64,000 bases of DNA from Tetramitus jugosus. Lineage: Eukaryota > Protista > Heterolobosea. The DNA is taken from assembly GCA_937625935.1 (NCBI GenBank), contig OW569344.1, positions 372,001-436,000 on the forward strand. The letters are read 5' to 3'. How positions within the stretch are numbered: the stretch's first letter is position 1; every line of letters starts with the position of its first letter. Below, in pieces: positions 23,235 to 34,424 of the stretch. Both the position numbers and the translations under genes were made by a program. The notes beneath the pieces were generated by a model. The model saw only the letters and a list, made by a program, of their open reading frames with translations, did not search any database and was not told where the DNA came from.

Positions 23235-24749
23235 TTAGTGAATACCATATCCTCTGTATTCATAACCCTGTTCACCCATCTTCTTCAACAGGCCAAAGTG
23301 ACCACCGACTGCAGTAGCAAAGTTGGAGTAGCTGTTGAAACGTACGCCATACTCTTCGCAAGTCTTCTTGACAATCGGGTGCAACTTGGGGTAGTGCACG
23401 TGGCAAATGGTTGGGAACAAGTGATGCTCCGTCTGATGATTCAATCCACCAGACAAGTGATTCCACAACCAACTTCCACTGGCAAAGTTGCTGCTTCCAA
23501 TAATTTGACTCTTGGCCCAATCCTTTTCCACCACACCGTTTCTCTCCTTGTTGTCCGTGTGGAACTGCTCAGTGATATCTGTGACGTGGTTGACTTGGAA
23601 GATGAGCACGAGCAACACGCTGGCCACACTCAGAGTCACCCATGTCAAATAGCAAACCTTGGTCCAATTGCCATCGTGGAAAAAGTAGGCTGGGAACACA
23701 AATGCATACAGCAGAAACATGGCCTTGCAGCAAAAGAAGATGACCCATTCTTGCTTGGTAATGGGTTGGAATTTGACACCGCCCCACTTGCCTCCAATCA
23801 TGGCCACAAAATCACGCAGAAACATTTCAATCAACAGTGTGCTGTACAGGAATGGCAAATAAATGTGTTGATACTTGTACCAAAAGTGTTGCTTCTGAGT
23901 GGGCTTAATTCTTCTAAAGTGAGGTTCATTGGTGTGAATATCAGGGTCCAATTCAATCACATTGGTGGAGACGTGATGACCCACAGAGTGAATCATCTTC
24001 CAACAATAGCTACTGCCACCCAACAAATCAAACACTGCTCCAAACACTCTGTTTAGAGTGGCACTGTTGCTGTAGCCACCATGATTGGCATCATGCATAA
24101 TACCAGTGCCAATCGATGCACTCACAAGCCCCCACATGCAACTGTAAATGGTGGCCAAAAAGAGATTCTGAGCCGTGTGTGTCTTAATGTACAAAAAGGC
24201 CCACAAGAACAAGAGAATAACAGTCTTGATGTACATTTCAGTGTTGTCTCTTGGCTTCAGATTATTGTCCTTAAAATATTGTTCTACTCTACGTCTGAGC
24301 ACATCATAAAAATCAGTTTGACACTTTGGATCATACAAGTGCACTTGTTCATCCTCTACGTCACCAATATAGTACTTGTTCAGTAGGGATTCATTGTGAA
24401 TGACACTGGATGGATGATGAGACAAAAAGAGCTCTGTAGAGTGTCTTCCTGCAGCAATCAACAGCATGTCACCACCAGGATGTCTAGGCAAGAATGGTGT
24501 CGTGTCATACACTTTTCCATTGATGACCAACCAATTGGATGCAGCAGTGTTGTGCTTGGAGATTTCTGCCCATGAAAAGGTCTTGGAAGTGGTGGTGGTA
24601 GTGGTGTTGGTGTTGGTGTTGGTTGTTTTGTTTTTATGGTTGTTGTTGTTGTTATTGGTGTTGTTGCTGGTAGTGTTGGTGTCTTTCTCTGTGCCCTCAC
24701 TACGGGATGAGGATCCAACCTCTACTGACGACTTGTTATTTGAAGGCAT
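23235..24749 (-). CDS. Front-end (delta-5-type) fatty acid desaturase with fused cytochrome b5
   Basis: HPGG heme motif; His boxes HDANH, HSVGHH and QTEHHLFP; hydrophobic segments. Confidence 0.93.
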   Translation of the reverse strand: MPSNNKSSVEVGSSSRSEGTEKDTNTTSNNTNNNNNNHKNKTTNTNTNTTTTTTSKTFSWAEISKHNTAASNWLVINGKVYDTTPFLPRHPGGDMLLIAAGRHSTELFLSHHPSSVIHNESLLNKYYIGDVEDEQVHLYDPKCQTDFYDVLRRRVEQYFKDNNLKPRDNTEMYIKTVILLFLWAFLYIKTHTAQNLFLATIYSCMWGLVSASIGTGIMHDANHGGYSNSATLNRVFGAVFDLLGGSSYCWKMIHSVGHHVSTNVIELDPDIHTNEPHFRRIKPTQKQHFWYKYQHIYLPFLYSTLLIEMFLRDFVAMIGGKWGGVKFQPITKQEWVIFFCCKAMFLLYAFVFPAYFFHDGNWTKVCYLTWVTLSVASVLLVLIFQVNHVTDITEQFHTDNKERNGVVEKDWAKSQIIGSSNFASGSWLWNHLSGGLNHQTEHHLFPTICHVHYPKLHPIVKKTCEEYGVRFNSYSNFATAVGGHFGLLKKMGEQGYEYRGYGIH

Positions 24750-25146
24750 GGATCAGAAGGTATGAATATGAATAAAATGATGATGATGATGATTTGTTGT
24801 TAGTTGGTTGTTGTGTGAAGAGATGTTTTTTCAGCAGCAAAATGGTGGTGTGAGGGAGGTGGTAGTGTGTGCTGGGGACCTGGAAACTCGCTGAGAGTGG
24901 GCAAAGAGTCTTCCGATTCTCTATGCGCGGTGTGTTAATTCCCTCATACCTTGAGATTTACAACGGCTCCACACGCGGAGGAATATCAACAACAAAATCG
25001 AACCTCGTGTCATCCCAGAACGACATGACGGAACAACAGCTTTTTAGCGCGAAAACCTGCATGAAGAAATAAATAATCGACAAAAGACTCGCTTCAACCA
25101 TAACGATGATCTGCGCAACTCGCCACGCAACAATCAAAGAAAAACA

Positions 25147-25557
25147 ATGATCAACGAAAGTGGGATTGTATCGATTGACGATACAGAGTCGTATGACAAT
25201 GTGATACCTGGTCCTTTGAGACTCAAGGGCAATGTGCAAAATTCAGTGATTAATAAGCGCAGAAAGATCAAATCATCTGTTTCCACAGATTATCAAACCA
25301 TGTACAATAACAACAACGAGAATAACCGTAATGAAGAAGCAAATATTGATCAAATGATGGATCGTGAAGATGATTATGTTGCTCATCGGGGCAAAACAGA
25401 GGCCGAATTGAGGTTTGAGCTCATGCGAATGGAAAGAGAGAAACAAGAAATTGAGAGACTTGCACAAAAGTCCTATCGAGAAAGAGTGGATGAATACAAT
25501 AAGAAAATTGCAAATGAGTCAGAACATCATGATATACCAAGGGTTGGACCTGGATAA
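25147..25557 (+). CDS. FAM32A: FAM32A-like splicing factor (DUF1754)
   Basis: GPLRLKG; KTEAELRF; KSYRERVDEYN...SEHHDIPRVGPG. Confidence 0.85.
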   Translation: MINESGIVSIDDTESYDNVIPGPLRLKGNVQNSVINKRRKIKSSVSTDYQTMYNNNNENNRNEEANIDQMMDREDDYVAHRGKTEAELRFELMRMEREKQEIERLAQKSYRERVDEYNKKIANESEHHDIPRVGPG

Positions 25558-25664
25558 TAACCTGATGATGATGTGTCTATCATTTGATATGAGAAGGCAT
25601 CACTGTCAGTCATTGACTCTCTCTAATATAAAACGCATCAAGTATCATTCATCCTCTTTATGTT

Positions 25665-26408
25665 CTATTTGTTCATTGGTGTGAGTTTCAAGGGAAAGTT
25701 TCCTCTGAGATCCATTTTTCGATAGGAATCATCCAACTCTTGTGTTGCTCTTCCCCATTTGTTTGTTGGACGTGGTGCTTTGGTGCTGCTAGAGGCTTGT
25801 GGTATATTTTTCATCATTGAACGATATGTTGTTGTCATCTGATCTTCCTCCTTGCCATTGTATAACTCTGTTTGTTGATTCACTGGGACAGTCTTGTGTC
25901 TTAACGAAGATGACATTGAGATCTCCGAGTTTTTAAATCCCTTAGAACTGAGAGTTCCTTGAGCCCCAGATGAAAGATTTCCCACCGGTACATACTTTAA
26001 CGATGTCCCATGCAAGTTATAAGTATCTTCTGTTTTCATTCCCGCTCCGAATGTCATTTGGTTTAATGATACAAAATGGTTGATTTCTGAATCTCTGGGG
26101 TGCGTCTGCTTGATCATTGTGTTGCTGTTTGAGACGTTGTTAGGAATGGGTTGCTTTTTATCATGTACAGAGTGACTTGTGGACACGAATTGATTCTGAC
26201 TGTGAAGGGAGTATGCGTCATCACACCTAGTCCTGTCTTCGGTCCAATTGGCATCCAAAACTCCAGTATTATACGCATTTCGGTGACCCGAGTGACCAAT
26301 TTGAGTGCTTTGCAAAATTCGATCCTTTGGGTGAAGGTATGCATGTTTGGTCGTCGTTTTTAAGTTGTATGCCGTTTCTTGTTTATAAGTGTTGTATTGT
26401 TTAGCCAT
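25665..26408 (-). CDS. Hypothetical protein, candidate ciliary microtubule inner protein
   Basis: 247-aa polar ORF; YNTGVLDANWTEDR resembles the VLIGNWxEE motif; also MTTTYR. Confidence 0.6.
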   Translation of the reverse strand: MAKQYNTYKQETAYNLKTTTKHAYLHPKDRILQSTQIGHSGHRNAYNTGVLDANWTEDRTRCDDAYSLHSQNQFVSTSHSVHDKKQPIPNNVSNSNTMIKQTHPRDSEINHFVSLNQMTFGAGMKTEDTYNLHGTSLKYVPVGNLSSGAQGTLSSKGFKNSEISMSSSLRHKTVPVNQQTELYNGKEEDQMTTTYRSMMKNIPQASSSTKAPRPTNKWGRATQELDDSYRKMDLRGNFPLKLTPMNK

Positions 26409-26674
26409 TTCCAGAGCTAATACTATTCCAAAAGGTTGAGGAGGTTGTTGATATTCCAGCTCAAGAGTTCAATGATGTTCCATCAGTAGCTTTCAACTGG
26501 TTGTGGGCTAACCGTTCTCTGTAAAGAAAATGGCGCGATTGAACTTGTTCCTACTTCCGGTGGTTACAAAATCGAATTGATGTTACAAGTTCTATTTTTG
26601 CGAGCAAGGAACAAGAACTTTTTGTGCAATCAAGAAAAAAAGAAAGAACTCAGCAAGTTGCAGAAAAACAAAAG

Positions 26675-27941
26675 ATGAAGATTACTTTGAAAACAATTAC
26701 GGGCAAGTCATTCACTGTTGACGTTGAAACAAGTGATACTGTATGTTGTTGCATTATTCATTTATTTTCATGTTGCTCCATGATGGAATTTCACAAGAAC
26801 CACTCACAACTGACTTTTTGTATTCACGCTCATGATATTATGATATGATCAGATCTCTCAAGTGAAACAAAAGATTGAACAACAAGGGGAGTATGCCTCT
26901 GATGGAATGAAGATTATTTTTGGAGGCAAGGTATTGACTGATGATGCCACTGTTGAGGCCTCAGACATTCAAGAACATCACAAGAATATTGTTCTTGTTG
27001 CAAAGAAGCTTAAAACAGTTGTAAAGAAACCTGCACCAGTGACTGAAACACCAGCACCAGCTACATCATCCACCTCTGCTGCTACAGAGGCAGTTCAGAC
27101 AACGACGACATCAACACCTGCTTCAACTACCACCACCACTACGACTTCTGCCACACCAACTCCAACACCAGCAACAACCACCACCACTACCACTCCTGAT
27201 ACCACTGGCATGGGAGAACAGTTCAACATCTTGGTCACTCAATTCTTGGAGATGGGATTCGAAAGAGCAAACATTGAAGAGTGCTTGCGTGCTGCCTATC
27301 TGAACCCAGAGAGAGCAGCAGAGTATCTAATGACTGGAATACCAGAGTCAGCGAGAAGACAACAACAACAACCAGCTACCCAGCAATCGACAGGTGCTGA
27401 GGATGTTGCTGCCATGACTGGTGGTGATGAAGATGCAGATGACATGATGTTTGGTGGTGAAAGTGGTCAATTGAGTGAACTCATTCAATCCATGCCACAA
27501 TTCAATCAGTTGAGAGCTGCTATTCAACAGAATCCACACTTGTTGACACCAATCATGCAAAGACTCGCACAATCCAATCCAGAACTCGTTGAAATTATTA
27601 ATCAGAACCCACAGGAGTTTATTCGATTGTTGAACGAACCAATTCCACAGCAAACACAACAACCAACAGCACAACAACAGCAACAGGGTGCTCTTGGCGG
27701 CGGTGGTGGTCAACGTTTGCCACCAAATGCCATCATGGTCAGTCAAGAGGAGAGAGATGCCATTGATCGATTGGTTGGTATGGGATTTGAGCGAAATCTT
27801 GTCATTCAGGCCTACTTTGCCTGTGGAAAGGATGAAAACTTGACTGCAAACTTTTTGTTGGAAGATCCAGATTTGGCAATGCTTGGAGGTGGAGATGAAC
27901 AAGGTGGAGACGACGAAGAAATGTATGGTGACCACCAATAA
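26675..27941 (+). CDS. RAD23: UV excision repair / proteasome shuttle protein RAD23
   Basis: UBL (MKITLKTITG), UBA1 (LEMGFER..CLRAAYLNPERAAEYLMTGIP), XPC-binding (PQFNQLRAAIQQNPHLL) and UBA2 (IQAYFACGKDENLTANFLL). Intron 26741-26852. Confidence 0.96.
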
Positions 27942-28048
27942 TTCATCCAAATGTCCGATTCCTAGTAAATAGATATTCATTTTTTTCTCTCCATATTGTT
28001 TTGGTGGTCTAATGTCTCACAGCAACAAACTAAAGCTGCACGAATGAA

Positions 28049-28822
28049 TTAGCTCTCCTCGTCGCTCTCTTCTTCGTCATCTCCGTCATCGTCCATATCC
28101 ACAGTAACGTCTGAAAATGCTTCGTCATCGTCACTGGCTTCATTCTCCTCTGTTTGTTGCTGCTCTTCATGATCGACACTATGCTCTTCCTGATCCGTGA
28201 CTCCAATGTCATACCTCCAAGTGTCACCCTTTTGTTTTGATTGAAGTATATGCATGCGATTATATTGTTGATCGAGATTGATCTGGTCATGCTGTCCGGG
28301 AGATGACAATGATTGACGATCCTCACTATTGTCATCATGCTCTCCCTCCAACAAGTTTCTCAATATCTGAAAATCAAATGTCGTTGATTGGAGATCAGGC
28401 AATGTCATCACACCTCTCCATTCCTCATCAATATCATTCTGTATCTGAGAGCGAACCATTGGTTTCAATCGATTGGCTTCTCGCTCAAAATGCAATGCCC
28501 GCGCATCTTTCACACTCATTCGACTCTCCCATGTCAATCCATCTGTGAAATGGGCAATATTCTTCTTCATGTTGTCATGTTGTTGTTCTTCATCATCTTC
28601 GTTCTCGTCCTCTGAATCCACAAAGTCAATAATGTCACTGCTGGTTGACGCATCTTCGTCATCATCTTGAGTCTCTGTTTCTTCATCATGATCACTGCCT
28701 CCATTATTAGTATTGGCACTCACAGTCGATATATCATCTTCGTAATCCTCATGAGAGTCATCACCCTCGTCATATCCATGCTGATGATCATTGTTATTCT
28801 TGTCCTTGTGATTCGCATCCAT
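28049..28822 (-). CDS. Acidic hypothetical protein
   Basis: 257-aa ORF with Asp/Glu-rich ends and a short helical core; no recognised motif. Confidence 0.65.
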   Translation of the reverse strand: MDANHKDKNNNDHQHGYDEGDDSHEDYEDDISTVSANTNNGGSDHDEETETQDDDEDASTSSDIIDFVDSEDENEDDEEQQHDNMKKNIAHFTDGLTWESRMSVKDARALHFEREANRLKPMVRSQIQNDIDEEWRGVMTLPDLQSTTFDFQILRNLLEGEHDDNSEDRQSLSSPGQHDQINLDQQYNRMHILQSKQKGDTWRYDIGVTDQEEHSVDHEEQQQTEENEASDDDEAFSDVTVDMDDDGDDEEESDEES

Positions 28823-28973
28823 TTCCAGTTTCGAGTTCTTCCCTCTCCAAAATCTTTCAAAAACCTCCTAAAATCCACAGATAAACCGAACGAAAAAAAA
28901 ACACGATCCAATATCAATACCACCACCATCATCCTAATTATTATTCGACAACGTTTAATCATCATCAAAAATC

Positions 28974-30146
28974 ATGAACTATTTGGTTGAGAACATGACC
29001 CGTGCACCATCACAGGTGCTCGTTCGCAGTGCGAGTACATTTGGTGAAGAAGCGGCCAAAGTGTTGGGCAAAATCATTGAAGAATCACTCAAAAATTGTA
29101 CAAACGACATTACAACATGCATCAAGGACTGCACAACTATTGTATCAAAGAAACTGGGCAAATCAGTCAGTGGATTCGGTCAAACGTTCAAGGAGACTGG
29201 CATAGAAGGATTCACAGAGTGGGGCATTGGCATTGAGAGAGCATTTTATCACTTGGGTCAAAAATTGGAAACTGGACTGTACAATGCATCTGGTAGAGTG
29301 GTATCAGGTGTGCAGGAAACTGTGGACAAGAGTGTGGATCGAGTGGATGAAGCAGTGAGAGACGGTACGCGTCACGTATCCGATCACTTGCTCATGAAAC
29401 AAGTGCCCGCATGGAAGAGTGAATTTCAGAGAGAGTTGAATATTGTGTTGGGTTGTGCAGTGTTGATTTGTGCCTCGTTGTTCATATGGTCCCTGTGTAC
29501 ACTGTTGTCTCTCTTGTTTGTCAGTGGTGGTGGTAACAATGCTTATTACTCTCACTATCCTTATACGGCCAGTAGTAGTAGTAGTAGTAGTAGTAATGGA
29601 GTCGAATTGAATGGCACATCATCAACGTCATCACCAGACAGCACAAAACGATTCCCTGTGGTTGTTCCCTTTGTGTCTCCCCTATCATTCGTGTTCAATG
29701 CCTTGTTCTGCGTCGTGTTTGCATCCTTGATTGGATATGCACTGTACGTATGGGACAACAAGTCAAAAGTAGTAGCTACCAAGTCGTCTGACTCTGGTGT
29801 GAGCAATGAAGAGAATGGTCGCGGTGGTGACTCCACCCGTAAGCCAAACGAGAGAAGCTTAACACCTTCTACGAATGACATTTCTCGAATTTTAGAGAAC
29901 CCCAAGGTATTGTTGTTTATTGTCGGTTCGATAGGGTTCTTTGCAGGAACAATAGGACAGCAGATTACCAGTCAATTCAATTCCTTTTTGTTGCTAGTGT
30001 TGTTGGTGTTGGTTGCGACCATTGTATATCAGGCATTCACATTCCAAGTCAGTTATCAAGTGTTCAAGTGGTTCAAAAAGTTTCAACAGTTTAGAGAATG
30101 GGAGAAGCAACAGCAACAATCGAAAGCGAGCACAGCCAACCAATAA
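28974..30146 (+). CDS. Hypothetical membrane protein (about 4 TM) with an N-terminal amphipathic helical region
   Basis: Hydrophobic spans IVLGCAVLICASLFIWSLCTLLSLLFV, FVFNALFCVVFASLIGYALYVW, VLLFIVGSIGFFAGTIG and FLLLVLLVLVATIVYQAF. Confidence 0.75.
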   Translation: MNYLVENMTRAPSQVLVRSASTFGEEAAKVLGKIIEESLKNCTNDITTCIKDCTTIVSKKLGKSVSGFGQTFKETGIEGFTEWGIGIERAFYHLGQKLETGLYNASGRVVSGVQETVDKSVDRVDEAVRDGTRHVSDHLLMKQVPAWKSEFQRELNIVLGCAVLICASLFIWSLCTLLSLLFVSGGGNNAYYSHYPYTASSSSSSSSNGVELNGTSSTSSPDSTKRFPVVVPFVSPLSFVFNALFCVVFASLIGYALYVWDNKSKVVATKSSDSGVSNEENGRGGDSTRKPNERSLTPSTNDISRILENPKVLLFIVGSIGFFAGTIGQQITSQFNSFLLLVLLVLVATIVYQAFTFQVSYQVFKWFKKFQQFREWEKQQQQSKASTANQ

Positions 30147-30249
30147 ACTCCTTCCTTGCATTGTACAAAGCGCGACCGACACGTTTCCATTCAAAAATTT
30201 TCTTCCTTCGAGAATTGAGATTCCAAAAGCAAAAAAACAAACGACTGTC

Positions 30250-32359
30250 ATGTTCCATCCAAATCACAATGCTCCTCCTGTTCGATCCACAATCAATGAA
30301 TCAACCATCAACAACAACAACAAGAACAACAACAATAACAACATTCACATCAATAACAATAATAATAATAATAATAACAGGAATCGAAACAATATATTGA
30401 TTCAATTACAAGACAGAAATCATTTTCAATCTGCACAGTTTCAACCACTGTTCCACCACTATCAATCACTGCATCAGTCGTACCATGAGTTGCTTCTGTC
30501 GTATTCACAGTCGACATCCATTCGTCAACAAGAGGAATTGATGAGCCGAGAGAGGCACAAGCGAATGGAAGTTCAATCCAAGTTGTTGGAACTCATGAGA
30601 GACAAGACTCAAATCATGGACAGCATGCTATCATTGACCGATCATTTACAATTGTTGGAGAGGCAGTTGGAGGAGCAAAAGAGTCGGATATCGAGTCTGA
30701 CGAGTGAGAATGAGCAATTAAAAAAGGAGGCGACCCAATACAAGATGGAAAATGATTTGTTGTTGATTGAGATTGGTCGGAGAGATGAGGAAATATTGTC
30801 CAATGATCGAATCATGAGCGAGTTGCGAAGCGAGTTGAAAACATTGAGAGTGAACATGGATCTCAACAGTCAACAAAAGCACACAGTGTCGGACTTGTTG
30901 ACCAGAGTTCACGATTTGGAGTCGATCGTGGAGCAAAAGACGCTGAATCATCAGGTTCAATTGGAGCACATGATGTCTCAATTGCAAATGGAGTCCAATC
31001 GATTGCAGATGCTCGAGAGAGAAACGAGGAGTAGTAGACGATTATCGAGCTATAGTCATAACAATAACAATAACAATAGTAATAGTAGTAGTGATAATAA
31101 TAATAATAATAATAATAGTAGTAATAATAGTAATAATAGTAGTAGTAATAGTAGTAGCAGTGGTACGGATATTGGGAATCAAAGTGATGAAAGCGATCAT
31201 TTGCTGTGGGGTATATCAAGGCAATCGATGAAACGGGCCATGATCAACGAACCATCATTGTCGAGCGATAGTTGGAACATGAAAGGTGCCAGGTCCCCCA
31301 TTTCATGTGACTCTCCCACTCAGATGCACTTTCAACGGTCTCAATCCGGATTCAAGTTTTCTCGAGGAGTCAACGCTCACAACAAATGCATCAACTCCAT
31401 TGCATTCTCTCCTTCTAATGACATGATTGCATCAGGCAGTGATGATCACATGATTCACATCAGGGATAGGAATTTGAATTTGTTGCGGACGTTAGAAGGA
31501 CCAAAGAAAGGCGTAATGAATGTATCTTTTTCCAACAATGGTCAGTTGTTGCTAGGTACAAGCTTGGATGAAAATATTTATATTTGGAGGTGTACAAAGA
31601 GCAGTCTTCCAAAATGTGAACTATCAGGTCATTCGTCCAAAGTGCTTGGTGGATGCTTCGTATCAGAAAATACAGTACTATCAGGATCCCACGACAAGAC
31701 AATCAAAGTATGGGATATTCCGACAGGAAAGTGTAAGAAAACCTTCTTAGCAACCAGTAGTTGTAATGATATTGTGTCTTTATCAGAAGAGCTTAGTGCG
31801 TCATGCCATTTTGATAGAACCATCAAGCTTTGGGATACAAGGAAGAATACAAACTATGGGCTGATTCAATCATCCCACACAGAACAGATCGCATCTGTCT
31901 CTCCGACAGCAGGTATATTTTCGTGTTTTAAACTCTTTGTTAAACAACATCAACAATCTCATTTAATAATTCTCTTTCTAATTAGATGGACGGTATTTGT
32001 TGTCAAACTCCAAGGATAATTCATTGAAGGTGTTTGATTTGAGAACACAGAAGGAATTGCTGACTCTAACACACTCGTTGTACATATCTGGACCCTTTTG
32101 GAGTAAAGCTAGCATCTGTGCAACAGGAAATGGATATACTGTTGCTGCCATAAGCGACCACAGCACCAAAAATACAATCTTGTGGCACATGGACAGCAAA
32201 TTTCTTGAAAATGGTGTGCAGTTGCTGGCACCAGAGAAACAATTTCGTAAATTTGATGATCGGTCTGTGTGTAGTGCGCACAGTGCTGATGGTTCACTTA
32301 TTGCCAGTTGCCAAGGAGGTTTTATCCACTTGTACTCAAAGGCAACAATAAAGAACTGA
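30250..32359 (+). CDS. ATG16L: Autophagy protein ATG16L-like (coiled coil + WD40)
   Basis: Coiled coil followed by WD40s with ATG16L1-like LSGHSSKV, SGSHDKTIKVWD, SSCNDIV, SCHFDRTIKLWD and LLSNSKDNSLKVFDLR. Intron 31913-31985. Confidence 0.85.
31060..31160 (+). repeat. (AAT)/(AGT) compound microsatellite encoding poly-Asn/Ser
   Basis: Direct triplet runs in the ATG16L linker. Confidence 0.9.
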
Positions 32360-32635
32360 ACCTTTCGTGGCTCACTAGATACACAATGCTCAATTTGGGA
32401 TATTGCCAGCTGAAGCAAAATGTTTGATGTATTTCAACTGAATATGTGAGCCATTCGCCCTTTCTCTGGTTCATAGAAATAGAATATTGTGAGTCCTATT
32501 TTTAGAAAGATACACTTACAAAGAACAACACAAAAAAACAAAAAAAACGAAGGTCACCATCAACTTGTCATCTCAAACCCAACAACAACAATCACACTTG
32601 TACAACAAAAAAAATCTAAGAGATAAAACAACACC

Positions 32636-34262
32636 ATGCAACAACAACAACAACCACAACAGGAGCAACACTTTGATGATGATGAAGAGATGGGAAGTCA
32701 ATTCGATGCTGCTCCACAGCGACCAGTTCTCGTGAGATATGAAGTAGCCAACAATGTGTTCGAAGTTCCTGATCGTTATCAACTTCAATATGCTATTGGA
32801 CAAGGTGCCTATGGTATTGTATGGTAAGTGTCAACAAACGTGATGTTCAACATGAAACACACATCAGAAAAAAAACAATTCTTCTTCCCGCTTGGGTGTT
32901 TTTTCTCGAGTGGCACTACAACTATTGGTCGTAGTCGACACGCACACATGATCCATGTACTCATCGTCATCTCTTGATTTGCTTTTTTTCACTCTAAATC
33001 GACCATTGTAGCTCTGCTCATGACACTGCCATCAATGAGAAGGTTGCCATCAAGAAGGTTTTCAACATTTTTGAACACGACAGAGAATTTCAGAAGCGTA
33101 TCCTGAGAGAGATTAAGATTTTGAAACATTTTGATCATGAAAATGTAAGGCAGACAAATTGAAGTCACCCTCTGGTTTTTTTTTGTTTTAATGACACACA
33201 TTCTGTTAACACAACAACACCAACAACAACACACAGATTATTTGCTTGACTGATTTGATTCCACCTCGCAACTTTGTCCAATTCAATGACGTGTATATTG
33301 TGACTGATTTGATGGAGACTGATTTGAGACAGATTATCAAGAGTGACCAACAGTTGAGTGATCAACATTTGCAATACTTTTTATATCAAATTTTGAGAGC
33401 TCTCAAGTATATTCACAGTGCCAATGTGTTGCACAGAGATTTGAAGCCAAGTAACATTTTGTTGAACTCTGACTGTGAATTGAAGATTTGTGATTTTGGA
33501 TTGTCAAGAGGTATTGATTTTGAGACTGAGAACCCAATGATGAGCACACCATATGTTGCCACTCGTTGGTACAGAGCACCAGGTATGTTGTTGTTTTATT
33601 GCCTGTTGTTGTCTGTTGCTTTTGTACAGTTTTGAACTGTTCGGGTGAATGAGAGAAAAGAAGGGAACTAATGTCATGTGTTTGTGCCATTTCACTTTTG
33701 TGATTCTTTTTCTATAGAATTGTTGCTCATGTGGGAAACTGCCACAAAGGCTATTGACGTGTGGAGTGTGGGATGTATTTTTGCAGAGCTGTTGAATCGG
33801 AAGGCATTCTTCCCAGGAAAGAATTACTTGCATCAGTTGGACCTTATTTTGGATGTGTTGGGCACTCCTTCTGATCAAGAAATCAAGGGTTGTGACAAGG
33901 CAAAGACATACATGAAGAATTTGCCATTCCGCCCAAGGAAAGATTTGCGTGTCTACTTCCCAAATGCCAACCCATTGGCCCTTGATCTTTTGAGCAAAAT
34001 GTTGACGTTTGATCCAACAAAGCGTATCACTGTGGAAGAAGCATTGGCCCATTCCTATCTAGAGAACTTGCATGACGAGCATGATGAACCAACATCCACT
34101 TCATTTGATTTCTCATTCGAAACTGAGGCTGAGAAGGGAGATTTGAAGAACATGATCTACAGAGAAGTTATGGACTGGAATTTGCTCAACAACAACATTG
34201 CCGGAGATGCTTTGTTGCTTGATCAATCTATTCAGAACATTACAGCTCCAAAGCCAAACTAA
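32636..34262 (+). CDS. Mitogen-activated protein kinase (ERK-like scaffold, TPY activation loop)
   Basis: [41 protein letters not shown] and CD motif LHDEHDEP. Exons 32636-32823, 33012-33144, 33237-33582 and 33718-34262. Confidence 0.95.
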
Positions 34263-34424
34263 TTTCTCGACTTTACATCAGAAAAGCTAATCAACATGTA
34301 TATACAGATGTCATAATTATAAAATTATTGTTGAACCAAACTATTTCATCAGGTGCTCGCCCGCTCATTCACATCTACGACAGAACACAAACCAACAAAA
34401 AATAAACAAGATAGTTAGGCCTAC

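Noticed and set aside
23148-24056. 302-aa antisense ORF over the desaturase (similar cases at 27348-27980, 40777-41955 and 49343-50107)
   Set aside because: No motifs; explained by codon bias on the coding strand.
24869-25239. Short ORFs and weak hairpins between the desaturase and FAM32A
   Set aside because: Consistent with a divergent promoter; the stems are short and the ORFs lack coding features.
30013-30249. Long N-terminal extensions in the ORF track (also 37526, 37951, 19012, 45055 and 57516)
   Set aside because: They arise from TTG/GTG starts and run through promoters or neighbouring genes; ATG starts after A/CAA-rich leaders were used instead.
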